A DNA stretch of 64,000 bases from Octopus bimaculoides (lineage: Eukaryota). The translations under genes and the position numbers were made by a program. Of this stretch, positions 1 through 15,075 are shown piece after piece. The stretch lies in NCBI RefSeq assembly GCF_001194135.2, contig NC_068997.1, forward strand, positions 22,460,082 through 22,524,081. The letters run 5' to 3'. Every line of letters begins with the position of its first letter. Position 1 is the stretch's first letter. The notes under the pieces were generated by a model. That model worked only from the letters and a program-made list of their open reading frames with translations, had not been told where the DNA came from and made no database searches.

Positions 1-1782
1 TGCACAATCACACATACACATACACACACACACGCACACACAAACACATAGGCGCACATATATTCATATATATATTTATNNNNNNNNNNNNNNNNNNNNN
101 NNNNNNNNNNNNNNNNNNNNNNNNNNNNNNNNNNNNNNNNNNNNNNNNNNNNNNNNNNNNNNNNNATATATATATATATATATATATACATATACATTGT
201 TTCATCTTTTATTTTTTTAAAAAATGAAGCGTAGAACAGTCCCACTGTTTTGTTCAGTCGTTCTGAACATTGGTGCACATGTAATAAACTTTTTATAATT
301 CTACAATACACATAATATTTTAACAATTATCTATATAGAATTCCGAATAATATTTGGTTATAAAAATATAGTAAAATTTTGGGATATACAGTGAAAAGCT
401 ATGGGGATCCATTTTAGTAAAATAGGAATCAAAGTGATCCTTAGTAAAACTATATATTTAAGAAACACTGATTTAGATACTCTACATCTATAATAGGAAA
501 GAAGAGTGATTGGATGATCCACTCAATGGACTTGCGGGAATCAGCAATCGTATCTTCTCAAATATGCATTCTGCAGTTGTATATAAAAATTTTTCCGTTG
601 GAAAATCAAATGTGAGATAAACAAAAATAAATACGTAAATAACATTCATGAAATAAGATGGCGGTTTAGTTTGGCAACACTTTGATCATGCCTGCTGTAT
701 AATCATGGTTGCCTAAGGCTTAAACAAACGATCAACGTTAGCAGCCTCATTATCATCACCTCTTCATCCTCTCCACCAACAATAGTATTTGTAGCAACAT
801 TAACAATTATAGCAAGAGTAGTAACTGCAACAGCAACAACAATGAGAACAACAAAAGCTTTGAGTCTACTTTTCCTAGAACCAGCTAGAATTAGAAGCTA
901 ACTATCAACTGAAATCTCATACAAACTAAACAATTTTAGAATAAACTTAAAATAAGAAATTAAACACACAACTAAAATTTTAGAAATGCGATCCTGTTAT
1001 AGAAAACATCTGAATAATTTAACATATAATGGTCACACAGCTTGATTGCTTGACCAACAGGTGATCTGGCCTGGTCGTGATCAACATCAACATGAACAAC
1101 AACAATAACAGCTTCAACAACTCACCGACAACACGGAGGGGAAACACTTCAATACACAACATCCGCCATTGGTCAGCTAGCGAATCCCAAGAAATAAAAT
1201 ATTTATATGAGATTTTGCTTTGCTCTCTTCATTTTAAATACGTCTTTCTCATAGTCAGAGGTAGCACTATACTAATTTTTTTATTATTTCTATTTATTTA
1301 TATATTTATATATAAATATACTCTTTCTTGCCCTCCCAGTTCGCCATAAAAATTTATTAAGATCCAATCGCCAGTACAAGGGCGAGTTTCACTGCGTAGT
1401 TTTATGGTTAGCGTCTCTCTTACTAAGAGACCCTTTGACCTAGTCTCTTCAACGCACATCCAATGCTTAAAGCATAAAGTGTTAAGTTTTATTGGAACTT
1501 TTATCTTGGATTTACAATGCATTGGGTTTCGGCTGTACAATATGAAAGAGCGAAGAACGTTTACATTTATATTTATTCCTCCCTCTTCCTGTTTTATCAT
1601 CTTCCTCAGTTGCTTTCACGTTCTTTTATCAAATAATCACATACTCACTGTTCACATATTCACAAACTCTCTTTCTCTTTCTGTTAATTCATACATGTAT
1701 CTATATATATATATGTATGTATAACTGTGGGTGCGTATGCTTACGTATGTGCTAGTGTACGTAAGCGTGTGTATGTATATAC

Positions 1783-1815
<33 letters not shown>

Positions 1816-2220
1816 GATATATATATATNNNNNNNNNNNNNNNNNNNNNNNNNNNNNNNNNNNNNNNNNNNNNNNNNNNNNNNNNNNNTATATATACACA
1901 CGCACATATACACATATATACATACATATATTTATACACACATGTATATAGATACAAACACGCACGCACACGCACACAGAAATAGGTACACTTTCATACG
2001 CATGCGCATAAACTCATACCAACACATATGTATGTCTGTATGCATGTATGTATGTATATCCTTCAATGAGTGCACATAGATTACTGCTTTATATATAAAA
2101 CGTATAGTATATATCAACGAAGGACTATCGTATCTATCTTTCTAATTAAATATGCAGATATGTATGTATGTATGTATGTATGTAAGTATGTATGTATGTA
2201 TGTATGTATGTATGCATGTA

Positions 2221-2420
2221 TCTAACTCTCTATCTATCTATTTATTTATCTATTAATCTGTCCATTTATCTATCTGTCATCCTATCTAGCAACCTCTATG
2301 TCAATATATGTGTGCATGTATCTAACTATCTATCTATCTATTTATTTATCTATTAATCTGTCCATTTATCTATCTGTCATCCTATCTAGCAACCTCTATG
2401 TCAATATATGTGTGCATGTA
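2221..2420 (+). repeat. Two-copy 100-bp tandem duplication
   Basis: 2221-2320 and 2321-2420 are identical except at unit position 8 (C versus A). Confidence 0.9.
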
Positions 2421-3171
2421 TAAATGTGTGTATGTATGAGGGTAGGCATATGTACATATGGGAACGCATGCATGTGTCGGGCTACAAAAAGGGCTTTAAA
2501 AGTTTTACTTAATAAAATGAATAAGCCAATCTATATACTCGGCTCTAGTAGAACGAGGAAGACGAGGACAACGATGATGACGACGACGACGATGATGATG
2601 ATGGTTTTGAGAGGAAGGAGGAACCATCAGAAAAGGAAACAAGGAAACAAGAAAACAATGGTCGAAACTTAAGTCTTGTGGGTAGATGTGGTAGACAGAA
2701 ACTGAAACAAGCCCGCCGTATATATATATATATATACATATATATGTATATATATATATATATATGTATACATTTACATATATACATATGTATACTTACA
2801 TATAAATATATATACGTACACATGCGTATACATATAATGTATATGTATACTGGCTTATACACATACGCATGCATTCCTTTCTGTCTGTCGGTAAATAAGA
2901 GAGATTTATCTATACCCAACATGTCGCCCTTTAAGTTGATGATGTCAACATTCCTGTAAATGGATTCCTCCTGATTCTTGGAGTCACAGCAGTNNNNNNN
3001 NNNNNNNNNNNNNNNNNNNNNNNNNNNNNNNNNNNNNNNNNNNNNNNNNNNNNNNNNNNNNNNNNNNNNNNNNNNNNNNNNNNNNNNNNNNNNNNNNNNN
3101 NNNNNNNATATATATATATATATATACATACATATATATACACACATATATATATACATATATATATATAC

Positions 3172-3207
<36 letters not shown>

Positions 3208-4269
3208 GTATACATTTACATATATACATATGTATACTTACATATAAATATATATACGTACACATGCGTATACATATAATGTATATGTATACTGGCTTAT
3301 ACACATACGCATGCATTCCTTTCTGTCTGTCGGTAAATAAGAGAGATTTATCTATACCCAACATGTCGCCCTTTAAGTTGATGATGTCAACATTCCTGTA
3401 AATGGATTCCTCCTGATTCTTGGAGTCACAGCAGTTCCATTTATACCAGAAATTTAAGGAATAATCATGAATCATATAACTCAATTGGATCTTGTTCATT
3501 CACAAATCCGTCTCTGTCTGTTTCTCTCTCTCTCTCTCTCTCTCTCGACACCCAAAGACACACACACAAATGTACGAACACACACAAAGACACAGACACA
3601 CATACACACACATGCACCCACACACAAACAAGCTCAAACACACACACATATTCACACACGGATATACCCTGTTGTATGCTGTTATGTAGGTATACCTATA
3701 AATATGTAAATACATGTTTATACTTACATGCAAACACACACAGAGACACTTACACGTATATGATCTCCATATGTAAATGTATAACTATCTGTATATCTAT
3801 ATAACATTGGCACTAGGTTAGAAACCGACTCTATCTCTATTAGCAAGAAATCTTGAAATAAAGCGAATAATGACGTACATACATACATACAAACATACAT
3901 GCATACATATATATACATACATACATACATATGTGTATGTATNNNNNNNNNNNNNNNNNNNNNNNNNNNNNNATTTATTAATTAATCAACACATTGGAAG
4001 CAAAATTACTGCAGCTCCAAGATTTTTACAGATACCGTTAATTAATGCATAGGCAGTATAATATGATACACACATGCGTATATGGACATATATTTGTTAT
4101 AAATAATGTAAATGTACATACATACCCATTTAGATTCATAAACGCAGAAATTCGTATACGTATATATATGTATGCATGTATGTATGTATATGTATGTAAA
4201 TATATGTATATATATATATATATATAAGTGTGCATATATCTATATAGATAGATCGATAGACAGATAGAT

Positions 4270-4314
<45 letters not shown>

Positions 4315-4862
4315 TACACATACAGAATAAATATATACAAACGTATATAGTATATACGTGTCTGTTTGTGCGATTGTGTCTGTGAGGTTGTGTGCGTATG
4401 TCTGTGTGTGTGTGTATGAATCAATGAAAGCACACGCACACACACTCTCTCTCTCTTTCTCTCTCTCTCACACACATAGAGAGAGATGAATTTATGTACG
4501 TGTTTGTGTATCAATGTGCATGTATGTACATAAAGCTTTGACCGAGGAACAAGGAAACCATACACCACACAAACTTACACTACATTGTGTATTAACAATT
4601 AGCAGCAGATTCATAGACAGAAAACATAGACCCACACCTACTCTTTGATATGTTTATATGCGATACTTGCTTTCAGAAAAATTATCCAAATGAAAATTCT
4701 TCAATTTAACCATGTGACGTCTAACTACTGTGTATTCTCTAACTTACAAAAGATTCGACTGACTACTTTTTTTTCAATTCAGAATATTCATGGATACCAG
4801 TCAAATAGGTATGTATGCGTATATGTGTGTGTACGTGTGAGTACATGCATGTATATATAGAG

Positions 4863-5635
4863 AGTACGATGAGTAAATTGCAGGAATATCATATTTTTAA
4901 TTTCATGCATGCGCATTGTTTGTCTTTGATTTTGTTGACTACACAGTATAGTAGGGTCAGTTGGGCTCCGCCTGTGAGAAAAACAGCACCATTACTCAAT
5001 TCACTCTGTCAGAAATTTGGAAACGATTTACAGTACTGTTTGGCATTCGCACAGGAAGATCCAATACGAACGTTTCAGAGTGTTTGAGTATCAATTTGAA
5101 GAGTGTTATCTCAGGGCATGTATCGAGAGTGATAAAATCAAACACCCAGTCAACATTATGGTGTTTGGAGTGATCTCTAGTAAAGGCGACGTTATGCCTC
5201 CATTAATCCTCCCACATGGCCTTGAGAAGGTAGTGGTACTCTGGGACAAAAGGGTGGCTACTGGTAGACCCTATGTCTGGCAACAGAATAAGTAAGTGAA
5301 TAACCTGTTTCTGCAGCATCTACCTAAACAGTAAAACGGTCATATGACCCTCTTTTAGTACTTCTGACTAAATCATCACGTGTCAATGTATGATAGCGAA
5401 CATCTGTCATCCCTGTATAACGATTATGATCGGAGGGTATATAAAATACATACGCTGAATTGATTCCAATATGTCGCTTACTTTTGGTTTTATGAAAAAT
5501 TAAATAAACCAGAGAACGCAAAATAGTACTTCATTACAATATCCGTCTGAACATCATCATAAACTTTCACTAACAAAATATTTTTATTACAAAATAATTT
5601 TACGTAAAATCTCTGCAATTTGGATCGCAAGTCTA
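4863..5635 (+). mobile_element. Internally deleted IS630/Tc1/mariner DNA transposon
   Basis: HTH-like IWKRFTVLFGIRTGRSNTNVSECLSINLKSV at about 5015-5105. DDE-domain piece KHPVNIMVFGVISSKGDVMPPLILPHGL..EKVVVLWDKRVATGRPYVWQQ at about 5135-5290. The only end evidence is a weak inverted match, AAATTGCAG near 4874 and CTGCAATTT near 5612. Confidence 0.75.
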
Positions 5636-5650
5636 AATCCTTACGTTAAG

Positions 5651-5682
<32 letters not shown>

Positions 5683-5695
5683 CATGCCTGTATGC

Positions 5696-5755
<60 letters not shown>

Positions 5756-5790
5756 NNNNNNNNNNNNNNNNNNNNNNNNNNNNNNNNNNN

Positions 5791-5832
<42 letters not shown>

Positions 5833-5833
5833 C

Positions 5834-5876
<43 letters not shown>

Positions 5877-6253
5877 ATGTATACATATATATATATACAT
5901 ATTGTGTATGCTTTAATGCTAGTTGGTAAGCTTGTTTTAATATTGCAAATGGAGGAAGACTCGCCTTCTTTTGTTTCTTATCAGACACTAGTCTCACCTC
6001 AATGCGTTCTACAGAGGTAGCGTCGTTGCTTAACCCCGCCATTTATATCTGTACAGAAACATGCTGAAATATTTAAAAGATATATCCCAGTGCAAGAATG
6101 ACACGCAAATTCGTGAAGCGTTCCATAATTTGGCTGGCGGTGCCCCAGCATGGTTAAGCCTTTGTGCAGAAACGCATAAAAGAATAAAAGCTAACAAAAA
6201 CAACAAAAAACTTTATAAATAAGTAAATATATTCCTGTACTATATCTAGTATG

Positions 6254-6285
<32 letters not shown>

Positions 6286-6789
6286 TATATGCATATGTAT
6301 GTAAACATATACATATATATANNNNNNNNNNNNNNNNNNNNNNNNNNNNNNNNNNNNNNNNNNNNNNNNNNNNNNNNNNNNNNNNNNNNNNNNNNNNNNN
6401 NNNNNNNNNNNNNNNNNNNNNNNNNNNNNNNNNNNNNNNNNNNNNNNNNNNNNNNNNNNNNNNNNNNNNNNNNNNNNNNNNNNNNNNNNNNNNNNNNNNN
6501 NNNNNNNNNNNNNNNNNNNNNNNNNNNNNNNNNNNNNNNNNNNNNNNNNNNNNNNNNNNNNNNNNNNNNNNNNNNNNNNNNNNNNNNNNNNNNNNNNNNN
6601 NNNNNNNNNNNNNNNNNNNNNNNNNNNNNNNNNNNNNNNNNNNNNNNNNNNNNNNNNNNNNNNNNNNNNNNNNNNNNNNNNNNNNNNNNNNNNNNNNNNN
6701 NNNNNNNNNNNNNNNNNNNNNNNNNNNNNNNNNTATATATATATATATATATATTAGAATATTTAGTGTTTGACTCTTATGTTTTACGT

Positions 6790-6960
6790 TGAATAATCTA
6801 CGCCATATTGTTTAAGTCGGGTACTGTTATATCGTTCCTTGTGCCGAACCGCTAACTTTCGGAAACTTAAAGCAACAACGGTTGTGCAACGTTGTCACGA
6901 GAAAGCAAACCGTAGTAGACTCATGCACGACAGTCCATTCGCTTTCTTTCAACCAAATTC
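6790..6960 (-). mobile_element. SINE family A fragment
   Basis: GCCGAACCGCTAACTTTCGGAAACTTAAA..CGGTTGT..CTTTCTTTC matches the middle of family A. Confidence 0.55.
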
Positions 6961-7639
6961 ACTCATATGACATTAGTCGGCCAGGATCTATAGTGGAAAA
7001 TACACAAAATGCATCATTGCCAAGTGATTTTTCTTAAAAACATACCTATACCAGCACCTAATATATATTTCCTGCGCTTAAATTTGAATTAGCTTTATCA
7101 GTAAATCTTGAAGAAATATTCAGTTGCTTTTGGTTCTGCATAAAATTTCCTCTAATGACCTCATCGTCTTTTATAATTCTAGACTTCATAAAATATTTAG
7201 TTTATCATTAGTGTATTGGAACCTATTTCAACGGCAGTAAGTTTACCGCTAAAAATTTAGGTGTCCCTGATTTCACGGTGACTGTTATACTGATATTTTA
7301 AGATTCGTGAATCAGCAGAATTCTAGTTATGTGACTAGCAAAATGTATACGTTTTGTACATATAAATTGAGCTCAATTCCTATCGATATTAATCTTCTAA
7401 CATCCGATGTCGATAATTATTTTCATTTTATTTATTTCGTTATTTTTCTAATTTGTGTTAGGTCTGTATTAGTGTTTTGAATTCGAAACTAGTTTACGTT
7501 GATATTTGTTTTTATTACAGCGACTTAGGTTTTATGTAGGCTATCGGATTGAAATTTCTGTATGTATATTTTGAATGCATCCATATCTATCCTTTACTGA
7601 CCTGTAAATTTGGGAGCAAAATTTTGAAAAGTGACGGGT

Positions 7640-7860
7640 CTGGTGTTACCTTTTGAGATTTGGGGATCTGTATAGCCAAGTATGGGAAGCTATGTCCAGT
7701 TTACTATGACTTTCAAACTTGATGTTTGGTACCAGAACCTCTCAGCTAATTATTGTATATACAACACCGTATGTCTTTCGCATCTCTTTCCTTATTGCCT
7801 TTTGCCTCCCCCATTAGTCTCTTTGATGCATTGGGGAAAATATTCATAGTGTAACAGCTA
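7640..7860 (-). mobile_element. Possible Penelope-like GIY-YIG remnant
   Basis: The minus strand reads IRKEMRKTYGVVYTIIS*..HSKLDIASHTW, loosely like the GVVYxIxC..H..LAxH pattern. The YIG part is not seen. Confidence 0.25.
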
Positions 7861-8227
7861 TGGATGGGCTCGATGGCTCGAGCTTCGCTATTTATTCGAA
7901 TTTTGAGGCGGTGATATCAGTTGTGTAAGTGAACGACAACGAATGCTCTTTACAGGAGAACACATTACCTTGTCTCTTGCTATGAATGATCACAGAATTC
8001 TGCGTCAGTCAACTGCAAATATCGACAATGTGACCATGTTTCTTGCATTCTTAGAAGTGTCACTGTCAAAACTATTTTTGTTAATAGATAATGAATTTGT
8101 ACTTTGGAAAAGCTTGGAGTAACCCTTCAGATAATGTAGAAGTGATTTTATCATAACGGAATATATAAGCGAATATACATACATACATACATACATACAT
8201 ACTTACATATACGTATATATATATGTG

Positions 8228-8310
<83 letters not shown>

Positions 8311-8654
8311 CCCATTTGCAATAAATCTCTCAGAATGTAATCTGACTCATTATATTCTATCCATGACTTTGAGTTCGACAAAATATAATCTGTTGCTCTC
8401 AGCGTCATGGATTAGACATGAATAATAATACCAATCACTAACGTTAAGCTGTACTTTAATTGTAAAGTACAGCACTAACTTAGCTATTATATCAATAATA
8501 AAATAAATAATCGAACGTCATATAGTTGTGTCTGTAAGTCAGTCTCTTTGTCTTTGTCTTATTTTTTTTCATTTCTTTCATTCTCTTCCTCCCTGTTTCT
8601 CAGTATACTTCTGTGTCTCTTTCTTGTTATTTTTTCACTTGTTCCACTTATTGG

Positions 8655-8985
8655 AGTCTAACCATGCTGGAACATCGCCTTGGACGGCTTTACTCGCTCA
8701 GATAGAAAGCAGTACTTATTTTAAACTCCGGTAGATATTCTATCGATAGCTTTTGTAAGGAGATGCAAACAAAACAACACCGGTGTTGGCAAGTGGTGAG
8801 GAAACAAAGCCTTGCACAGCAAATATCTATATACATGGTCGACGATCTTCCACGCAGTTTCCATTTACCAAGTTAACTCAAAAGTTATTGGTTTATCCTG
8901 AGCTACAGTAAAAAACATTCGTGCTAAATACCATGAATTTAAATTTTAAAGCTGCTTTCTTAATCTCGCGGCCATACTGATACGT
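8655..8985 (-). mobile_element. SINE family A, old diverged copy
   Basis: CCATGCTGGAACATCGCC..AGTACTTATT..TTCTATCG..CAGTTTCCATTTACCAA..CTGAGCTACAGTA, in the same order as the other copies. Confidence 0.6.
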
Positions 8986-9440
8986 TTATATTTGCCATTG
9001 TATTTCTTACTCTTAATCTACCATTCATCCTTTCTTTTCTACATGAACCCATTTCTTTGCTTCTGTGTTTTTAATTTTTTTGTCTTTTGCTTTTTTTGTG
9101 ATATATCTCCCTCTAAATATCTTACTTTCTTCCTTTTTATTCCCTCCCTCTAAATACATTACTTCTCTGTTGATCTATTGATTATTTAATGGCATCTTAA
9201 TTAAAGTGAACCCTTTATTCTTGGAATTATCTTCCCTCCTTATTTGAGTTTTTTGCCAATTTCCACAAGCGATTGTTCTACCTTCCTTGGAAAAAGGGAC
9301 GTGTATCAATAAATCAAGATTCTCTCTGCTATGGTATTTAATATATCCTTCGTCTTTGTTCTTCAAATCCATGTCGCTGGCCACAAAAAATCATTTAAAT
9401 ATACACAAACGCATTTCAAGGAGTTTGGCTGAACCTGTCG

Positions 9441-9585
9441 TATATGGATGCATGCTGAGAAGTTCCTGGCTTTAAGTATATCGCAAGAGGCCTGGTTCGA
9501 AGCCCAACATTCCGAGTTCTTAGAAAAACTGAAGGATTACTGCAATAAAAATGTGATTCTGAGAGGGGAATACGTTAAATAAAAT
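9441..9585 (+). mobile_element. Mariner-derived MITE, right end truncated
   Basis: The left end is a mariner-like ATGCTGAGAAGTTCCTGGCTTT. It is joined directly to a transposase C-terminus, LEKLKDYCNKNVILRGEYVK*. Confidence 0.7.
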
Positions 9586-10896
9586 CTATCTATCTATCTA
9601 TCTTCCCTCTTTCTCTTTCTTGTCTGTTCTATGTCACTCTTTCTTTCCCTCTCACCACTGCATCTCTTCTCGTTCCGGTATTTCAACCTCCGCTATTTTC
9701 CGTCTCTTTCTCCCCACCCTTTTTTCTCTATCTCTTTCGTTCTATTTCCACACCTTTATAAACCCACTCCATCTTCTTATTTTTTGTCTCCTTACTCGTC
9801 TACCTTTCCATTTCCCACCATTATTCTTCCACTCTTACCCATTCACCCTTCATACTATTTTCCTTGCCACGTTACTGCCTTCCTCAGCTGGTCACTCTCT
9901 GTCACCTATCACTTCCTCCTCTTCTACTTCTCTCGATTTCTCTCCTCTTTGCTTTCTCTCTCCCCCTCTTATCATAAAACGTTGAAATACGAAAAAAAGA
10001 AACAAGAGAACACCAGATTTTTTTGATGTCTTTAGCATCGATTGAAATCTCATAAAAGCAAAGTAAAATATTGTTTATTAACTAGTAAACACTTGTTTTA
10101 TCTATTCCATATCTACAAGAAGATCAACTGTGCTATTTGTCAAACTGAAATCAATAAAAAAATAATAATAATATTCAGTCAAGAACTGGATTCGAATCAA
10201 TCGACCAACACCCTCCTCTCGCAAAATTCCAGGCTTTTGTTTAAAGCAGAAGATTGGGTGTTCCTGTTTTTAGTCAAATGGAACCTAATACATATTTTTT
10301 ATGACCGGTACATATTTCTGTTGGTCTTTTTTGTGGAACCCTTATTTTCTGGGGACGTAAATAATCCAGCACCGTCTGCAAGGGTTAGTGTCGGGTTAAG
10401 AACAGACAGAAAGAATGTGAATGAACTCAGGGCATGATGAAATTTTGGCTGCGCGTTCGATTATTAAATAAATGATTTTTTCCAAAATATATCCAGAGAT
10501 CTTAGCCATTGTATTCTGTATTGACGGTTGTAAAACATTTGTCATTATATGCATTAACTTCGTGGCGGGAAAATGGGTTAACTATTTTGAATCGTCTTAG
10601 AAAACATCATGCTTTTAATGACCATGAAGATACACGTATATCTGCTTTTGTGTGCATATATGTGAAGGGTAACATGTGTGATTGTCTGTCTATACATAGA
10701 TATATGTCTACATACAGATAGATATATGGATGATAATTGATTTACAGACGCACACACATACACACGCAACGAGCGCTAACATTCACATGTACGTATTCGT
10801 ACCTGCTTTTACGTTTGTACCGATCTAAGAAAATTGCTGTTTATGACATGTGCCTTTATGTTCAGTCGCATAGCGGTTCGACAGGGTATAGGATCC

Positions 10897-10961
<65 letters not shown>

Positions 10962-11096
10962 CATCTATATATATATATATATATACACGCGCGCGCACAC
11001 ACAGATAGATCTTTATGCGTGTGTGTGTGNNNNNNNNNNNNNNNNNNNNNNNNNNNNNNNNNNNNNNNNNNNNNNNNNNNNNNNNNNNNNNNNNNN

Positions 11097-11152
<56 letters not shown>

Positions 11153-11281
11153 TGTGTTTTCATGGAACTCCAAGAACAATAACCTATTCTGTACCATATA
11201 TTCTTGGTGAATAATGAATCCTCAATTGCTGCGGTTTAAAAGAATTCTTTTTTGTACCAAGTATTATAGCTGCAGCAGCAG

Positions 11282-11282
11282 C

Positions 11283-11336
<54 letters not shown>
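11282..11336 (+). repeat. (CAA)n microsatellite
   Basis: Pure trinucleotide run. Confidence 0.95.
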
Positions 11337-11337
<1 letters not shown>

Positions 11338-11920
11338 GCTAATATCACCACGACTACCACTACTACACAAACAAACGTATGCAGCTTTATGTATATACGA
11401 TATATTCATTCATCTGTTTACTTCACCGGCTCTCAGTTCATCCACGCACCATTGTGTTTCTATTTGTTAATATACGAGTGTGTGGTTATATGCTGGTAAA
11501 AGACATGTTTTTCTCTTTATATTTCTCTCCATATGCGAACCAGCAACTCAGTGTATCAATTTAGCATTTATCCATTTCTTAAACGATATTTTAACTCATC
11601 TCCTTTTTCTTGTATTTATTTTCTTCTGTCTATCTTGGCAGCATTCAAATGTTATATTCTTATCGTATCTACATCGCTTTACTTTACAAGCCAGTATATG
11701 AAGGAAACATTACCAGGTCGCTCGACAGGCTAATAATAGTTGACAAATCTCCCTCAAATGTAAAGTCCATCACCGTACAAAGAGTACATCTCTATATTCA
11801 TATATTTATATATAGAAACGTGGGATTATGAATACTTGATTAAGATAGATACTAACAATATTATGCATACATCCGACTGATTCTCTCTCTCTCACTACAT
11901 ATATACACGGATTATGTATA

Positions 11921-11957
<37 letters not shown>

Positions 11958-12171
11958 CTCTTCGAAACGTCTGTGTTAGAATGGGGGCAGCTGATGAAGG
12001 AAAATATTCTCTATGTGGCCTGTGTGTTTTCTGTACTCTGGTTGTTATTATTTTTTTTTTGTCTACGTTTTGCTTGCAATGTCCTGTACCCAGATATGCA
12101 CCTATATATACAAGTAGATGTAGGTATTCACATACTTGTACGTATATATGCATATACTCATTAATTATTTG

Positions 12172-12204
<33 letters not shown>

Positions 12205-12704
12205 TATATACACTTGTATGCACATGCATATATACATGTGTATGCATTCTAACGTTCAATAGGACGCTGAGCCACTGCTTAGTAACTCACCTGGTTACTA
12301 AACAGGCTTATTGACCATATATTTTCACATCATATTACAGGTGTGTTTTAAATATCTATCATAGCTATTCCACATTGCAGCTGTCTCTCCATAACTTGGA
12401 ATGCTTAACTTCTATAATGTATTTATAACGTGTTTCTATGGAATTTCAAGTCAATACGTTTATACCTCTAGCAGTTGTATTCATTTCTATGTTTTCGGTT
12501 AGAAATGTGCATTTGCGTTATCATTGCATCTCTTGTGTCTGTCTCCGTATTACACATCTTTTTCTCTCTCTATTTCTCATCTTCTTACTCTCTTTTTCAT
12601 TTCTTCCTCTTTACGTCGTGTTCAATGCATATCACATACATACACATACATACATACATACATACACACGCAAATACATACATACTTACATATTCATATA
12701 CTTA

Positions 12705-12948
12705 TATTCTTTTTCGTGTTACAGTCGTTTGACTGCGGCCATGTTGGAGCATCGCCTTTAGTCGAATAAATCGACTTATTCCTTGTAATCCTAGTACTTA
12801 TTCTATCGGTTATTCTGCCGAACCGCTAAGGTACGGGGACGTAAACACACCAACATAGGTTGTCAAGCGACGGTGGGAGGAGGAGATGAACACTGACACA
12901 GAGACGCACAACGGACTTCTTTCAGTTTCTGTCCGCCAAATCCACTCA

Positions 12949-13007
<59 letters not shown>

Positions 13008-13266
13008 GAGTACTTATATATTTCCACGCGTGTGTACGTACCAAGACCCTGTCTAAATACCTATATACGTACGTGCTAACATACATACTTGCGTTTTATT
13101 TGTCCATATCTACGTTTACTTATAGCAAGCGCAATTTTGTAGTGTTATAAACAGACAACTTCGGCCCGAAGCTATAGTGGACGACACTTTCCCAAGATAC
13201 CATTCAGTGGGACTGAAACCGGGACCATGTAGTTTGGAAGCAAAGTTCTTACCATACAGCCACGCC
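12705..13266 (-). mobile_element. tRNA-derived SINE family A, split by a 206-bp insertion
   Basis: It contains TTTGACTGCGGCCATGTTGGAGCATCGCC, GCCGAACCGCTAAGG and AAATCCACTCACAAG. After the insertion it resumes at TCGGCCCGAAGCTATAG and runs to GTGGGACTGAAACC..CTTACCATACAGCCAC, a tRNA-like head on the minus strand. Confidence 0.9.
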
Positions 13267-13742
13267 TGCGCCTATCCACCATGCCTATGCCTATCCACTA
13301 CGCTTGCGCCTATGTATATAAACAAATAAATAACAAATGTTGATACGCGTCACTTCATTACAGCTGTTTCCAACGGATTTCTTTAATAGATTAGTGAGCA
13401 CATTACATCATAACAACAACAACAAAAAAACGCTTTCTTCAGGTAATTTTAACACTTCTAACTATATATTACCAACACGGTGAGCGATTCAAACCTAGGA
13501 TCAATCCTTAGACTATAAATACTCATAAGGGTTAAATTGTATACATAACCTGAATCATTGACTCGATGTATTTCGGTACCCATAATATTTATTCGACTAA
13601 AGGTGGTGACTACAAGTTAATTTGACCCAGCCTCGAAACTATCATTTAAGTACCTAAATCTTCTGAATCCTTAATATTGCATATCTGTTTGTCTGTATGT
13701 ATGTATAGACATATATGAAATATATCTATATCTATCTATCTA

Positions 13743-13773
<31 letters not shown>

Positions 13774-14166
13774 NNNNNNNNNNNNNNNNNNNNNNNNNNN
13801 NNNNNNNNNNNNNNNNNNNNNNNNNNNNNNNNNNNNNNNNNNNNNNNNNNNNNNNNNNNNNNNNNNNNNNNNNNNNNNNNNNNNNNNNNNNNNNNNNNNN
13901 NNNNNNNNNNNNNNNNNNNNNNNNNNNNNNNNNNNNNNNNNNNNNNNNNNNNNNNNNNNNNNNNNNNNNNNNNNNNNNNNNNNNNNNNNNNNNNNNNNNN
14001 NNNNNNNNNNNNNNNNNNNNNNNNNNNNNNNNNNNNNNNNNNNNNNNNNNNNNNNNNNNNNNNNNNNNNNNNNNNNNNNNNNNNNNNNNNNNNNNNNNNN
14101 NNNNNNNNNNNNNNNNNNNNNNNNNNNNNNNNNNNNNNNNNNNNNNNNNNNNNNNNNNNNNNNNNN

Positions 14167-14202
<36 letters not shown>

Positions 14203-15075
14203 GATCTCTGATATATGTATAAATGAATTCTTTTTCATAAACATATATATTTATACACCTTAGTATATACTATTTTAGAATGTCTGTTGTTATCATGTAT
14301 ATGTATATATTATATGTATATCTACATGAGCATCTATATATCATATTTTTGCATATATTCATATGTACACGTTTCTGTGTCCGAGTACACATAGATAAAC
14401 TCATAAACTCTCACACACACACACACACACCTGTTTTATCCAGACTATCTCTGCCCACTTTTTCTCCCCCTCTCTATCTATAGACTTTTCTTACTGCGTT
14501 TTTCCGCTTCTTAATTTCCAAATCAACTTTTTCAATAGAAGCGTTTTGTTAAAACGTTCCCACCTACAACTTTGCTTAACCATGTGTGAGTTTATTTCTA
14601 ATATTGTAGCTTTTTATTGCCCCACCATCACCATCATCAACACCACTTTCTCTTCTCAGTCACTCAATCACATCTACATGCTTTTACTTACTCATGCATC
14701 TCTCTATATTTCTGACATACCCCGCTCTTTGTTTCATTCTCTCTCTTCCTCTCACTAAATCATTTAGGACCCCACCCACTTACTAACAATGGTTTCTCCC
14801 TACTTACTCTTTCTTCTTTTAATTTTGTCTCCAGATTTCGCTCCACTCCAATGAGTTTTGTAGTTCTCTTGTCATCTTGTAGCTATTTATTTTTGCAGAA
14901 AACAAAGAAAATATAAAGAAAAATTGTCTGTTTATAACACTACAAAATTGCGCTTGCTATAAGTAAACGTAGATATGGACAAATAAAACGCAAGTATGTA
15001 TGTTAGCACGTACGTATATAGGTATTTAGACAGGGTCTTGGTACGTACACACGCGTGGAAATATATAAGTACTCT

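Noticed and set aside
2761-3435. 233-bp direct repeat (2761-2993 equals 3203-3435) that could be read as a duplicated exon ([25 protein letters not shown])
   Set aside because: The copies look identical and sit on either side of a 114-N gap, with the first copy ending exactly at the gap. This is typical of an unmerged contig overlap. The peptide has no recognisable homology.
9175-9384. 69-aa minus ORF, and a plus-frame ILGIIFPP resembling a TRP-channel segment
   Set aside because: There is no splice context, the frames close quickly and no other channel exons are present.
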